Assembly: GCF_001194135.2 (NCBI RefSeq)
Contig: NC_068983.1
Location: 165,722,966 to 165,756,965 of the forward strand
Source of the DNA: Octopus bimaculoides
Lineage: Eukaryota
Direction of reading: 5' to 3'
Length of the DNA: 34,000 nucleotides
Part shown: positions 9,549 to 20,393 of the stretch, piece by piece
Position numbering within the stretch: the first letter of the stretch is position 1
Layout: every line of letters begins with the position of its first letter
Notes under the pieces: generated by a model
What the model was told of the DNA's origin: nothing
Seen by the model: the letters and a program-made list of their open reading frames with translations, nothing else
The model's database searches: none
Program-made: the position numbers and the translations under genes

Positions 9549-9722
9549 AGACTTTTACTCACTGTTCCCAGGGCTCCTTTTTCAGCGACCACAACTGCTT
9601 AACCTCCCAAGCTAACCTGTCATATCTCTCGACTTTTCTTTCTTCTTTATCGCATATCTTGTTGTCAGCTGGGCATACTATGTCTATGATCCAGCAACCT
9701 TTACTTACTTTCTCAATTAACA
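9549..9722 (-). mobile_element. R4-like RLE endonuclease fragment, type i
   Basis: LIEKVSKGCWIIDIVCPADNKICDKEERKVERYDRLAWEVKQLWSLKK, then after a frameshift GALGTVSKSL (second half of the PD-(D/E)xK RLE domain). Confidence 0.8.
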
Positions 9723-9748
9723 TTTTATTTATTATTATTATTAGATCC

Positions 9749-10152
9749 TTGCCGGTGCCCCTGGGCTGGCTTTTGTGCGGGGCCGTGGTAGGATTTTCGA
9801 GCGAGATCGTTGCCAGTGTCCCTGGACTGGCTCATGTGCGGGCGACACATGAAGTTTTTCGAGCGAGATCGTTGCCGGTGCCCCTGGACTGGCTCTTGTG
9901 CGGGTGGCAATGAAATACACCATTTTGAGTGTGGCCGTTACCAGAACCGCCTGACTGGCCTTCGTGCGGGTGACACGTAAAAGCACCCACTACACTCTCT
10001 GAGTGGTCGGCGTTAGGAAGGGCACCCAGCTGTAGAAACTCTGCCAAATTAGATTGGAGCCTGGTGTTGCCATCTGGTTTCACCAGTCCTCAGTCAAATC
10101 GTCCAACCCATGCTAGCATGGAAAGCGGACGTTAAACGACGACGACGACGAT
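9749..10152 (+). mobile_element. SINE-like family E with four 61-66-bp tandem subunits and (GAC/GAT)n tail
   Basis: Subunits start at 9749, 9810, 9872 and 9938; tail ggcgttaggaagggcacccagctgtagaaac...aacccatgctagcatggaaagcggacgttaaacgac. Confidence 0.85.
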
Positions 10153-10202
10153 TATTATTATTATTATTATTATTGTTAAATTCTACAAAATGTATTCTCT
10201 TA

Positions 10203-10425
10203 TTGTTCACTTGTTTCAGTCGTCAGACTGTGGCCATGCTGGAGCACCAGCTTGAATTTCTTTTTTTTTCTTTCAGTCAAACAAATCAACCACAGTATTT
10301 ATTTCTTTTAAGCCTGGTAGTTATTCTATTAATCTCTCTTTTGCCAAACTGCTAAGTTATGGGGATGTAAACAACTCAACATTGGTTGTGAAACAATTGT
10401 GAGAGACAAACACAAAGACTCACAT
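10203..10425 (-). mobile_element. SINE family B, 3' half
   Basis: cttgtttcagtcgtcagactgtggccatgctggagcacc...gctaagttatggggatgtaaac. Confidence 0.8.
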
Positions 10426-10426
10426 A

Positions 10427-10485
<59 letters not shown>

Positions 10486-10534
10486 TATGCATACATATAT
10501 ACATATATAAATATACATACATTATACATATATA

Positions 10535-10565
<31 letters not shown>

Positions 10566-10640
10566 GTAGGAATTAAATGGACTTATTGATTATACGCGTT
10601 TTGCTCCATTTATTATTATTATTCATATATATATATATAT
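10425..10640. repeat. (TACA)n/(TA)n microsatellite
   Basis: Direct inspection. Confidence 0.9.
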
Positions 10641-10800
10641 CTACACTCTCTGAGTGGTTGGCGTTAGGAAGGGCATCCAGCTGTAGAAACTCTGCCAAAT
10701 TAGATTGGAGCCTGGTGTTGCCATCCGGTTTCACCAGTCCTCAGTCAAATCGTCCAACCCATGCTAGCATGGAAAGCGGACGTTAAACGACGATGATTAT
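10641..10800 (+). mobile_element. Family E 3' fragment
   Basis: Only about 3 differences over ~150 bp relative to 9990-10143. Confidence 0.9.
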
Positions 10801-10807
10801 TATTATT

Positions 10808-11078
10808 ATTGAGTGAGAGAGAAGTGTATAGCATCGAAGTGACAATGGGATGCAATATACGAAGCCCAGTATACCCATCATGACTACCCGTCTGATAAGG
10901 GTACACCAGGCACATACATCACAACCATATGTACGTGACATGGTGATCTCATATCATCATAAGCAGCGCACGACCTTGCAGCCGGGGCCCAGTTAGAATT
11001 TTCTCCAGGTCGAGTAGACCATCCCGCTCAAAAGGTCCCTGAATAAGGGTTACCTAAGGATGTTGAACGAAACACCCA
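10808..11078 (-). mobile_element. Family D, 5'-truncated copy
   Basis: Homologous to 6858-7130; (ATT)n on both sides. Confidence 0.75.
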
Positions 11079-11095
11079 TTATTATTATTTTACTA

Positions 11096-11295
11096 GGGCG
11101 GCAAACTTGGCAGAATCGCATGCCGGACAAAATGTTTAACGGCTTTTTGTCCGCGTTATTACGTTCTGAGTTCAAATACCGCCAAGGTCGACGTTGCCTT
11201 TCATCCTTTCAGGGTCGATAAATTAAGGACCAGTGGGACACTGGGGTCAATGTAATCGTCTAGTCCCTTCCCACCAAATTTCAGGCCTTGTGCTT
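11096..11295 (+). mobile_element. SINE family A
   Basis: ctgagttcaaataccgccaaggtcgacgttgcctttcatcctttcagggtcgataaattaagg. Confidence 0.85.
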
Positions 11296-11304
11296 CAAAC
11301 TATA

Positions 11305-11485
11305 CAAAATACTTAACGGCATTTCGTCCGTCACTGAGCTCTGAGTTCAAATTCCACCAAGAGCGATTTTACCTTTCTTCCTTTCGGGGTCGATAAAAGA
11401 AATACCAGTAGAACACTGGGATCGATGTTATCGATTTACCGCCTCCTTCGAAATTGCTGGCCTTGTGCTAAAATTTGAAATCAAT
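11305..11485 (+). mobile_element. SINE family A (second tandem copy)
   Basis: ctgagttcaaattccacc...cctttcggggtcgataaaag...ggccttgtgctaaaatttgaaatc. Confidence 0.85.
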
Positions 11486-11559
11486 GATGTATATGTATAT
11501 ATATGTGGTGGGGTGACGGATTTTCTACAGCGTCGGATCTATCCTTAAGTTATGAGTCA

Positions 11560-11765
11560 AGCTGAATAGACGGAGATTGTACAGAAGATTGTACCAGTAA
11601 TTCAACAGGGACAGGATTGTCACGCACCCTGTGTCATGTTGACTTTACCCGAGAGTTAAGTTAACGGTAGACATGTCTGTGACGTACTCAGCCAGTTACA
11701 TGTTAATTAAGGGGCAGATAATTCAGTTCATCGAACTGAATCCTCATCATCGAACGTCGAAGACC
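11560..11765 (+). mobile_element. Old, degenerate SINE family C copy
   Basis: gtaccagtaattcaacaggg...ttgtcacgcaccctgtgtcatgttga...catgtctgtgacgtactcagccagttacatgttaatt aligns loosely to 5840-5990. Confidence 0.55.
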
Positions 11766-11774
11766 TACTAAATA

Positions 11775-11996
11775 CACACACGCGCACACACACTTCTACA
11801 TGCACAAGCGCGCGCACACACACATACACACACACACACACACAAGCACACGTACACATACACACACACACACACACGTATGTACACACGCACAGACACA
11901 CAGACACACACAAACACACGCACAGACACAGACATACACACTTACTGATAGCAGCATCCTGGATCTGGATGAGATGGAGGGAAAACTAAAGTGCAA

Positions 11997-12036
<40 letters not shown>

Positions 12037-12040
12037 AATG
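11775..12040. repeat. (CA)n/(CACAGA)n and (AAAG)n microsatellites
   Basis: Direct inspection. Confidence 0.9.
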
Positions 12041-12406
12041 TTATCGTCCATTCACCACAGCAGGCAATCCAGACAATGAAGAAAGACCTTTATTAGAATT
12101 ATATATGAACTATCCGCAGATCAAAGCATATTCTTAATGAGAAAACGAATGAACCCCACCCCCCACCCCATGTTATGTTCTCATGTTGTTGTTGTTGTTG
12201 TTATCTATACTGGAGTCTTTATTATTATTATTATCATCATTATTACTAATACAATGATATTTCTCGAGTTGCAACACAGAAATCACTTTGTGCACGCATC
12301 TTTAGCTAACGACTTCTTAAAACGATCGAATTAAATTCGGCATGCTTAAGCAGACGATATTAAATCGATAAACTTGCTGCAACTATTTTATATCGTTCGA
12401 TCAAAG

Positions 12407-12407
<1 letters not shown>

Positions 12408-12452
<45 letters not shown>

Positions 12453-12555
12453 TGCATACTCGTATACATATAATAAATGCATATACATACATATATACTT
12501 TCATACATACACACAGACACATTTTAATAAATACGTGTGTGTATGTGTGTGTATG

Positions 12556-12589
<34 letters not shown>

Positions 12590-12633
12590 TACACTCAAAT
12601 ATGTTTAGATATATATATATGTGTGTATATATG

Positions 12634-12690
<57 letters not shown>

Positions 12691-12920
12691 ATTTACGTAT
12701 ATATAGATATACACAAGTATACCTACATATATATGTATACTTACACGTATACATACAAGCATATACATATATATACATGTATGTATACATACCTGGACAT
12801 ATAAATGTATTATATATACATACAGAATTATTTATAAATACATACATACATATATAAACACATATATAATATGTATATGTATGTATCTATCTGTCGATAT
12901 ATACATACGTACATACATAC
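12408..12920. repeat. Large (CA)n/(TA)n/(TACA)n compound microsatellite
   Basis: Direct inspection; source of the YI and HT ORFs. Confidence 0.95.
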
Positions 12921-13305
12921 ATGAGGCTGATAACATCATAAGACTTGGAAAGCAGCTCCTTCAGCAGTATTCCTTGTCTGATAACCTAGAATAAATGCCC
13001 AAAGAAGTCGCACGACTCTACCACAACTTATCAGATGAAAGGATGAGCGTATATGAGCAGGAGACCATTCATGGATAGAAAGCTCCAGGATGATAATGAC
13101 ATCGATCATCAAAGCAGTTTATCATGGACCAACACCTGGATTACTACCTCCCACTTTGAAGGGTATCCGTTTGCAATCCAGGGACAGGAAATATCAACCA
13201 AATACCTGATGCACAAAAGCCGTAAAATGTGACAACCGATGCAGACTTTGTGGAGTTAACAACGAAGGTATCACCCACATCATAAACAGTTGTCCGAAAA
13301 TTTTC
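12918..13305 (+). pseudogene. R4-like element type iv fragment (post-RT region to CCHC knuckle)
   Basis: HEADNIIRLGKQLLQQYSLSDNL...TSHFEGYPFAIQGQEISTKYLMHK, then CRLCGVNNEGITHIINSCPK; homologous to 27190-27494 on the minus strand. Confidence 0.85.
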
Positions 13306-13790
13306 CGTTGATCGCGCTTATTTCACGATCTGTGAGTCTATTCTTTCTAAAGATATCCCGCCCCTAACATGTACCAACTTGTTTTCAATCCATTAAGGGC
13401 CTGCTGTCTTGTTTTCATGTCCACCAGAATTCGTAAGAGTTTGCGGTGTGTCCCTCTGAAGACGATTTACGATTTCCATGTTGTTATCTCTCTTTGTATT
13501 ATACCCAGTGTGTATGCACGGTTCCGTTGCTTTTGTAGGATTTTTGTTTTCGGTGTACCCAACAACCCAAGTTGGTACATCTTCGAGCTGATGGACGCTG
13601 TTTTGATTCGTTCGCAGACGCATGATCCTTTGAAAAGTCTAAGCAGTAAATTTTGTCGAGTTTCCTACATCTTTTGGGAAGTTGTTGTATAATTACTGAC
13701 AAACTGTTAAATTGTAAATTCCTGATGCGAGAACTCGAAGAAGGTAATGTTAGCAAGTGGAATAACTTCCTATTCTACTTTCCTTCTAGT
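13306..13790 (-). mobile_element. Degenerate coding-like block, possibly a LINE (L1/Tx1-like) 3' region
   Basis: Balanced composition and broken ORFs on the minus strand; no diagnostic motif recognised. Confidence 0.2.
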
Positions 13791-14214
13791 ATGCCAAAGT
13801 TTACACACACACATTATATCATTATATGTTATATTTGTCATCACATATCGTTCTTGTCGACGATCCAAAACTTATTTTGCGGAGGCGTTCGCAACAGTTC
13901 GTGTCACGCTTTCTCTTTCTCTCACTTACTTTTTTTTTTTTTTTTTTTTGCAATTTTTCCAGTTTAGTAGGTAAAATCTGGTTGCTGGAAGGTCAAATTT
14001 ATAAGAAGTAATCAAATTCTCCAAGATATTTAGTATGTCAGACTCACTGCCTGATCTCTAATATCTCACAATAATTGAAATCCATTTACAGAGAGTCACC
14101 AATTTCTTGAGAGTTCTACAAGAATTCTCAACAAATGATTTACGTTTTATGAATATTTTTGGAGAAATATGCATTAAAAGATATAACAATCCTCAGGTGA
14201 CAAACGTATTCAGT

Positions 14215-14700
14215 GTCTAGAATTCGTTCCCTGTTTGGGGAATGGTAGCGAATTTTATCGGGGATTGTTCTTCTATAACGAAAGGTATGGGAGTTTGTGT
14301 TACGTCATTCTCCCAGTTATATACGGTGTCTACGGTTTGTTGGAGTATAAAGATAACTTCGCTATTGTTTATCTTGATCTCGAATATCATTTGAAAGCCA
14401 ACTGCACAGCTGTTTGAGTGAGGCTGATTGTATATTTGTTTAACAATACAAGGAATGACATTAAAGCATTGAAAGGTAGCTTGTGGTACTTCCTTTATTC
14501 TGACGAAGTTCTTGGATAAGATTCTGCTTGCCGCCACATGTTAAAAATGGTTAGAGTTCAGTTCGTTTAGCAGCTCTCAGTAGTTCATCTGTTGTGCTGA
14601 GGTAATCTTTTTTAGTGTAGCGGCATTGGATTACCTCGAGCTCTGCTGTTAGTCTGGCGACCACAACTGAGAAAGGCTACCCAAACGAGAATGTTTTCCA
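14215..14700 (-). mobile_element. Degenerate coding-like block, possibly a LINE ORF1 remnant
   Basis: Minus-strand stretches LTAELEVIQCRYTKKDYLSTTDELLRAAKRTEL and GFQMIFEIKIN...TPIPFVIEE; impression only. Confidence 0.2.
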
Positions 14701-14727
14701 CAATACCATAAAAACATACATATATGT

Positions 14728-14761
<34 letters not shown>

Positions 14762-14950
14762 ATGAACATCCGTTTCCTATGTTGGCAGAGGTTGGACTCT
14801 TTGACAGGGACCAACGAATCTAAAGACCCCATCGTCCTCCAGTGTCAACTTTGGCAGGGATCCGATGGCTGGATGCCCTTCCCATCGCCAACCAGTTTGT
14901 GCACTGGGGGTTCTTTTTCATGCCACCAGCACTAGTGACGTTGCCAGGTA
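14728..14950 (-). mobile_element. Diverged family E-type 3' portion with (CAT)n tail
   Basis: gatggctggatgcccttcccatcgccaacc is the reverse complement of the ggcgttaggaagggcatccagc tail motif. Confidence 0.7.
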
Positions 14951-15550
14951 ACTTCAGAACAGAAAAGGAACAACAAAAGGAAAGAATCCCCACCAATAAG
15001 TCNNNNNNNNNNNNNNNNNNNNNNNNNNNNNNNNNNNNNNNNNNNNNNNNNNNNNNNNNNNNNNNNNNNNNNNNNNNNNNNNNNNNNNNNNNNNNNNNNN
15101 NNNNNNNNNNNNNNNNNNNNNNNNNNNNNNNNNNNNNNNNNNNNNNNNNNNNNNNNNNNNNNNNNNNNNNNNNNNNNNNNNNNNNNNNNNNNNNNNNNNN
15201 NNNNNNNNNNNNNNNNNNNNNNNNNNNNNNNNNNNNNNNNNNNNNNNNNNNNNNNNNNNNNNNNNNNNNNNNNNNNNNNNNNNNNNNNNNNNNNNNNNNN
15301 NNNNNNNNNNNNNNNNNNNNNNNNNNNNNNNNNNNNNNNNNNNNNNNNNNNNNNNNNNNNNNNNNNNNNNNNNNNNNNNNNNNNNNNNNNNNNNNNNNNN
15401 NNNNNNNNNNNNNNNNNNNNNNNNNNNNNNNNNNNNNNNNNNNNNNNNNNNNNNNNNNNNNNNNNNNNNNNNNNNNNNNNNNNNNNNNNNNNNNNNNNNN
15501 NNNNNNNNNNNNNNNNNNNNNNNNNNNNNNNNNNNNNNNNNNNNNNNNNN

Positions 15551-15616
<66 letters not shown>
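15551..15616. repeat. (GT)n microsatellite at a gap edge
   Basis: Direct inspection. Confidence 0.95.
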
Positions 15617-15618
<2 letters not shown>

Positions 15619-16080
15619 TATATTTATATATTTATGCATGTACGAGCAAATAAATGAACGCGATATGCCTGTATCAAAGTGCAGACGTACTTTCACAAAG
15701 CAAAGTACGAAAGTTTATGAAGAGTGGCTCACTGATGGAGATGGGCGGTTTTAGTTGCTAATTTTAGCTGTTGTTGTTGTTGTTGTTGCTATTTCTAAAT
15801 GTGTCGGGCGTTTCAGAGTGTAATGCTGGTGAGCTTATAAGATGGATTCCAGCGGCGTCTACAGGGAAGGGAGATAAGCCAGGAGTACAAAACAAAAAAA
15901 CGAGGTGTCGAAGACAAAAGCCGGAACGGCAGTGGTGTTTGTGGGAGGGAGGTAGGGGTAAGCCTTGATACAGACGGAAACATAAAGAGAGGTGAGAGGA
16001 AAGAGTAACATGAGAGCGGGTAGAGGTGAGCACTGGATCTCTCTCACACACACACACACACATATCTCTATCTATCTAGA

Positions 16081-16234
16081 TGGCTGCATGGTAAGAAGTG
16101 TGCTTCCTAACCACATGGTTCCGTGTTCAGTCCCACTGTGTGGCGCCTTGGGCAAGGGACTTCTACAGTAGCCCAAGGCTGACCAAAGCCCTGTGGTTGG
16201 ATGTGGAGAGACGGAAACTGAAAGACGCCCGTCG

Positions 16235-16267
<33 letters not shown>

Positions 16268-16394
16268 ATGTGTGTGTTTACGTCCCCATAACTTAAATTC
16301 CCATCTTCTAGCGGCTCGGCAAAATAAACCGATAGAATAAGTATCAGGCTTTAAAAATTGGACTAAAATTCTTCAAGGCGGAACCCCAGCATGG
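16081..16394 (+). mobile_element. SINE family B running into a gap
   Basis: tggctgcatggtaagaag (A box), gttcagtcccactg (B box), gacggaaactgaaagacgcccgtcgtata, internal (TA)(TG)n, accgatagaataagta. Confidence 0.9.
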
Positions 16395-16934
16395 NNNNNN
16401 NNNNNNNNNNNNNNNNNNNNNNNNNNNNNNNNNNNNNNNNNNNNNNNNNNNNNNNNNNNNNNNNNNNNNNNNNNNNNNNNNNNNNNNNNNNNNNNNNNNN
16501 NNNNNNNNNNNNNNNNNNNNNNNNNNNNNNNNNNNNNNNNNNNNNNNNNNNNNNNNNNNNNNNNNNNNNNNNNNNNNNNNNNNNNNNNNNNNNNNNNNNN
16601 NNNNNNNNNNNNNNNNNNNNNNNNNNNNNNNNNNNNNNNNNNNNNNNNNNNNNNNNNNNNNNNNNNNNNNNNNNNNNNNNNNNNNNNNNNNNNNNNNNNN
16701 NNNNNNNNNNNNNNNNNNNNNNNNNNNNNNNNNNNNNNNNNNNNNNNNNNNNNNNNNNNNNNNNNNNNNNNNNNNNNNNNNNNNNNNNNNNNNNNNNNNN
16801 NNNNNNNNNNNNNNNNNNNNNNNNNNNNNNNNNNNNNNNNNNNNNNNNNNNNNNNNNNNNNNNNNNNNNNNNNNNNNNNNNNNNNNNNNNNNNNNNNNNN
16901 NNNNNNNNNNNTACGAGTTCTTTTATATACTCCT

Positions 16935-17032
16935 TAGAGAAGGGAATATGTTGAATAAAATCATAATTAACTGAACTTCCTGTATTTTCTTTACCCAAAG
17001 CCAGGAACTTTTCAGCACCACCCCACCTCACG
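16935..17032 (-). mobile_element. Mariner-like terminal fragment
   Basis: Reverse complement gaggtggggtggtgctgaaaagttcctggctttgggtaaagaaaatacagg...gattttattcaacatattccc resembles a mariner TACGAGG...AAAAGTT terminus (from memory); the other end was not found. Confidence 0.55.
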
Positions 17033-17100
17033 GATGGACGGACGGACGGACGGACGGACGGACGGACGGACGAACGGACAGATGGATGGATGGATAGACA
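17030..17100. repeat. (GACG)n/(GATG)n tetranucleotide microsatellite
   Basis: Direct inspection. Confidence 0.9.
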
Positions 17101-17571
17101 GAGTTTTTGTTTTCCTTTTCGCATCACCAAACCTATACAGATGCACTAGATACACAGCATCTGATGAAATATCTTGAAATGGCGTCCGTTTCTTCCAAGA
17201 GACATTTTATCGATTCTCCTCTGGAATTTTCCAGCCCCGAATATTTATGACCGTTCGTGTGTGTGTGAGAGAGAAAGTGAGAAAAGAATCCGTTAACTCT
17301 AAAATGCGTAGACGCCTTTGATGTTTGAATTATTATTAATGAGAAGGACGTCTCCAGTGGGCCACGGAGATGACAAGTATTAGTTTACAGGTTTTGTGAG
17401 TTTGAGCAGCAAATCACCACTCTCCTGTGTTTAAAATGCTTTTCTGCAGCTCTCTATTCCCCACCCCAACACGTTCCTTACATATATTTTTAAATTCTAA
17501 AAAGCTCAAGTTGATATCAAACGTACATCAACTTTACCAGACTGGACGCTCCCGAAATTGAAAATTATCGT

Positions 17572-17626
17572 GCTCCGGCATGGCCACAGTCAAATGACTG
17601 AAACAAGTAAAAGAGTAAAAGAGTAC
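17572..17626 (+). mobile_element. SINE family B 3' tail fragment
   Basis: gctccggcatggccacagtcaaatgactgaaacaagtaaaagagtaaaagagta. Confidence 0.75.
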
Positions 17627-17649
17627 TAGAATATTGTTATTCTTTTTAG

Positions 17650-17830
17650 CTCCAGGTCAGTCTTGATCTACAATCAAAATCTTCCAGCCGTGGACATCTC
17701 GCCTTTCTTTTTCAGACAACATACGCAAGACTACATTTTCTGAAGACTTTTTTTAAAGACTGTAGGATGCATGAATTGAGGGCGATTTGACGACTATTTT
17801 TAACAGATCGAGCGAAAGGTAGAGACCTTT
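17650..17830 (+). mobile_element. Interspersed repeat family F
   Basis: ccaggtcagtcttgatc...ttccagccgtggacatctcgcc...ttgagggcgatttgacgactatttttaacagatcgag; shared with 19470-19580 and 21490-21565. Confidence 0.55.
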
Positions 17831-18724
17831 CTCGTTACCCCGTACAACTAGGTTGTTTGATTAGATATAACTATAGATTTTGCCTTCCTATCGAGGATCG
17901 ATATCNNNNNNNNNNNNNNNNNNNNNNNNNNNNNNNNNNNNNNNNNNNNNNNNNNNNNNNNNNNNNNNNNNNNNNNNNNNNNNNNNNNNNNNNNNNNNNN
18001 NNNNNNNNNNNNNNNNNNNNNNNNNNNNNNNNNNNNNNNNNNNNNNNNNNNNNNNNNNNNNNNNNNNNNNNNNNNNNNNNNNNNNNNNNNNNNNNNNNNN
18101 NNNNNNNNNNNNNNNNNNNNNNNNNNNNNNNNNNNNNNNNNNNNNNNNNNNNNNNNNNNNNNNNNNNNNNNNNNNNNNNNNNNNNNNNNNNNNNNNNNNN
18201 NNNNNNNNNNNNNNNNNNNNNNNNNNNNNNNNNNNNNNNNNNNNNNNNNNNNNNNNNNNNNNNNNNNNNNNNNNNNNNNNNNNNNNNNNNNNNNNNNNNN
18301 NNNNNNNNNNNNNNNNNNNNNNNNNNNNNNNNNNNNNNNNNNNNNNNNNNNNNNNNNNNNNNNNNNNNNNNNNNNNNNNNNNNNNNNNNNNNNNNNNNNN
18401 NNNNNNNNNNNNNNNNNNNNNNNNNNNNNNNNNNNNNNNNNNNNNNNNNNNNNNNNNNNNNNNNNNNNNNNNNNNNNNNNNNNNNNNNNNNNNNNNNNNN
18501 NNNNNNNNNNNNNNNNNNNNNNNNNNNNNNNNNNCTCTCTCTCTCTCTCTCTCTCTCTCTCGTTCTTGCCGTTTTGCTTTTTCTCCGCCTTTCCCTCCTA
18601 CTCTCTTTATATTAATTCATCCCGGTTTCCATCCAGCCATCCAACCATCCAGCACGCCAGCCATTTATCCATCCATCAATATGTTCCCCGCCATTTTTCT
18701 TTATTTCCCTCTCTGATACACGTC

Positions 18725-18896
18725 TATATGTATGTGCTTCCGTACGCGTGTGTGTATATGTATGTGTACGTATATGTATATACGTGTGCCCCTATGTGTG
18801 TATGTGTGACTTGTGAAACAGCTTGTTTACTTCTACATACATACATACATACATAATACATAATACATATATACACATACATACATGCAAACATAC

Positions 18897-18930
<34 letters not shown>

Positions 18931-19082
18931 GCATACACATACATACATATACATACATACATATACATACATATACATACATACATACATACATACATAC
19001 ATACATACATACATACATACATACACACAAAAAGTCTCTCTCTATATATATCCATGTGTATAAATGTGCATGTTTGTGTGTA
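18725..19082. repeat. (TACA)n/(TA)n/(TG)n compound microsatellite
   Basis: Direct inspection. Confidence 0.95.
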
Positions 19083-19469
19083 TACTCGTTTGATTGTTTG
19101 ACCATGTAGCCATTCATGCGTACCTGAACGCATGAATGAGACGGAAGAGTAATTTCGTTGCTGGCCAGATTGTGGCTACCGAATTATAATAAAACGAAGG
19201 GAATTTATAGTTTAGCATTTAACGTGATTAATTTCACAGAAAATTAAAGCGTAGTTTCATCTGTCGCTCTAAATATCAAACATAATTGTAGATAACCAGA
19301 AACTCCTGTTTCAGAACGTATCCCAGAAACGCTGAACACAGACGAAGGAAGCTACGCCATTTAGACTTAACAATCGACAAGGGTTTTGAATTATTCTTGC
19401 TTTTGTTGTTGTTGTTGTTGTTGTTGCTTCTGCTTCTGTTGTTGTTGTTGCTACTGTTGTTAATCGGTC

Positions 19470-19582
19470 TGAGATCAGCGTTAATTGGGCTATCGGATGA
19501 TCAGATGCATTCCAGCGTTGTTCTAAGGTTGGAGACAGTGATTTGAAGGGAAATGGCTTCTATTTCTAGCAAGTCAGTTGAG
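19470..19582 (+). mobile_element. Family F fragment
   Basis: gatgatcagatgcattccagcg...gatttgaagggaaatggcttctatttctagcaagtc. Confidence 0.45.
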
Positions 19583-20393
19583 GTTCCTCTGACAGTGGTC
19601 ATGGTTATTTATTATCAATTCATCTGACGGGGTTTGGAGTAATTAAGCCAATAAGAAAGCCGGACAGCATTCATTACTGTATCTCTTGTTCACTCTGTTG
19701 GATCTGAGGGGAAGACAGCGCCCATCCGCTTCGCAGAGCCCCTCCCCAAACCGATGAGATTGAGGCCATTAAAGCTCTAGTTTAAATTACAGGGAGGAAG
19801 TTATAGAGAATCGATATTATCGCGAGGAAGGAACTGGGAAGAGTAGTTAGTTCGGGGCCGGGTAGATTGGATAGGAAATGGGTGATAAGGAGGGGAGGGT
19901 CCAGGGAACGGTGAGTGCCGGAGGGGAAGGGGAAAAAGATCGATCCACTCCGAGGATCAGAGGCCATATAGTAGCGGTAGAAAAAACAAGAAGATGAGGC
20001 TACAAGTCGGCCACTGGTTGGATAGTAACATGATTCCAATAATGGTCGACTGACCCTTCTCTGGATGAGTGTGCAGCTGCAACAGCGCCATCTTAGCTCT
20101 GGGAATAAATACTCAGAAATACTATCAACCCGGCCAAGAGACTTAACTCTCTCTACCGGAACACTTGCCTTTAAACAGCGGCAGTACTATCAAACCGAAG
20201 AGTGTTTTGATAGCTTGCAGTTCCAACTTCATAATTCTTCCTGTGGCTGTAGCTTAGATAGTGTGAGCATTGATAACCTCTCGGAGAGGACATTTTCAAT
20301 GGTGCCACTATGACAGAATGGAAAATGGGACTTCCTGCATTCAGAGTCAATGAATTACAATTCCTTTCAGGGTTAAAAATACCAACAAGAAAC

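Noticed and set aside
9749-10000. CRISPR-like array
   Set aside because: Eukaryotic context, diverging whole units with no constant-repeat/unique-spacer pattern, and no cas genes.
11946-11985. Minus-strand mini-exon with GTAAGT donor
   Set aside because: The polypyrimidine tract is just a (TTTC)n microsatellite, there are three competing acceptors, and no partner exons were found.
17160-17185. CTGATGA-AATATCTT-GAAA minimal hammerhead
   Set aside because: No NUH cleavage triplet or stem III pairing can be formed.
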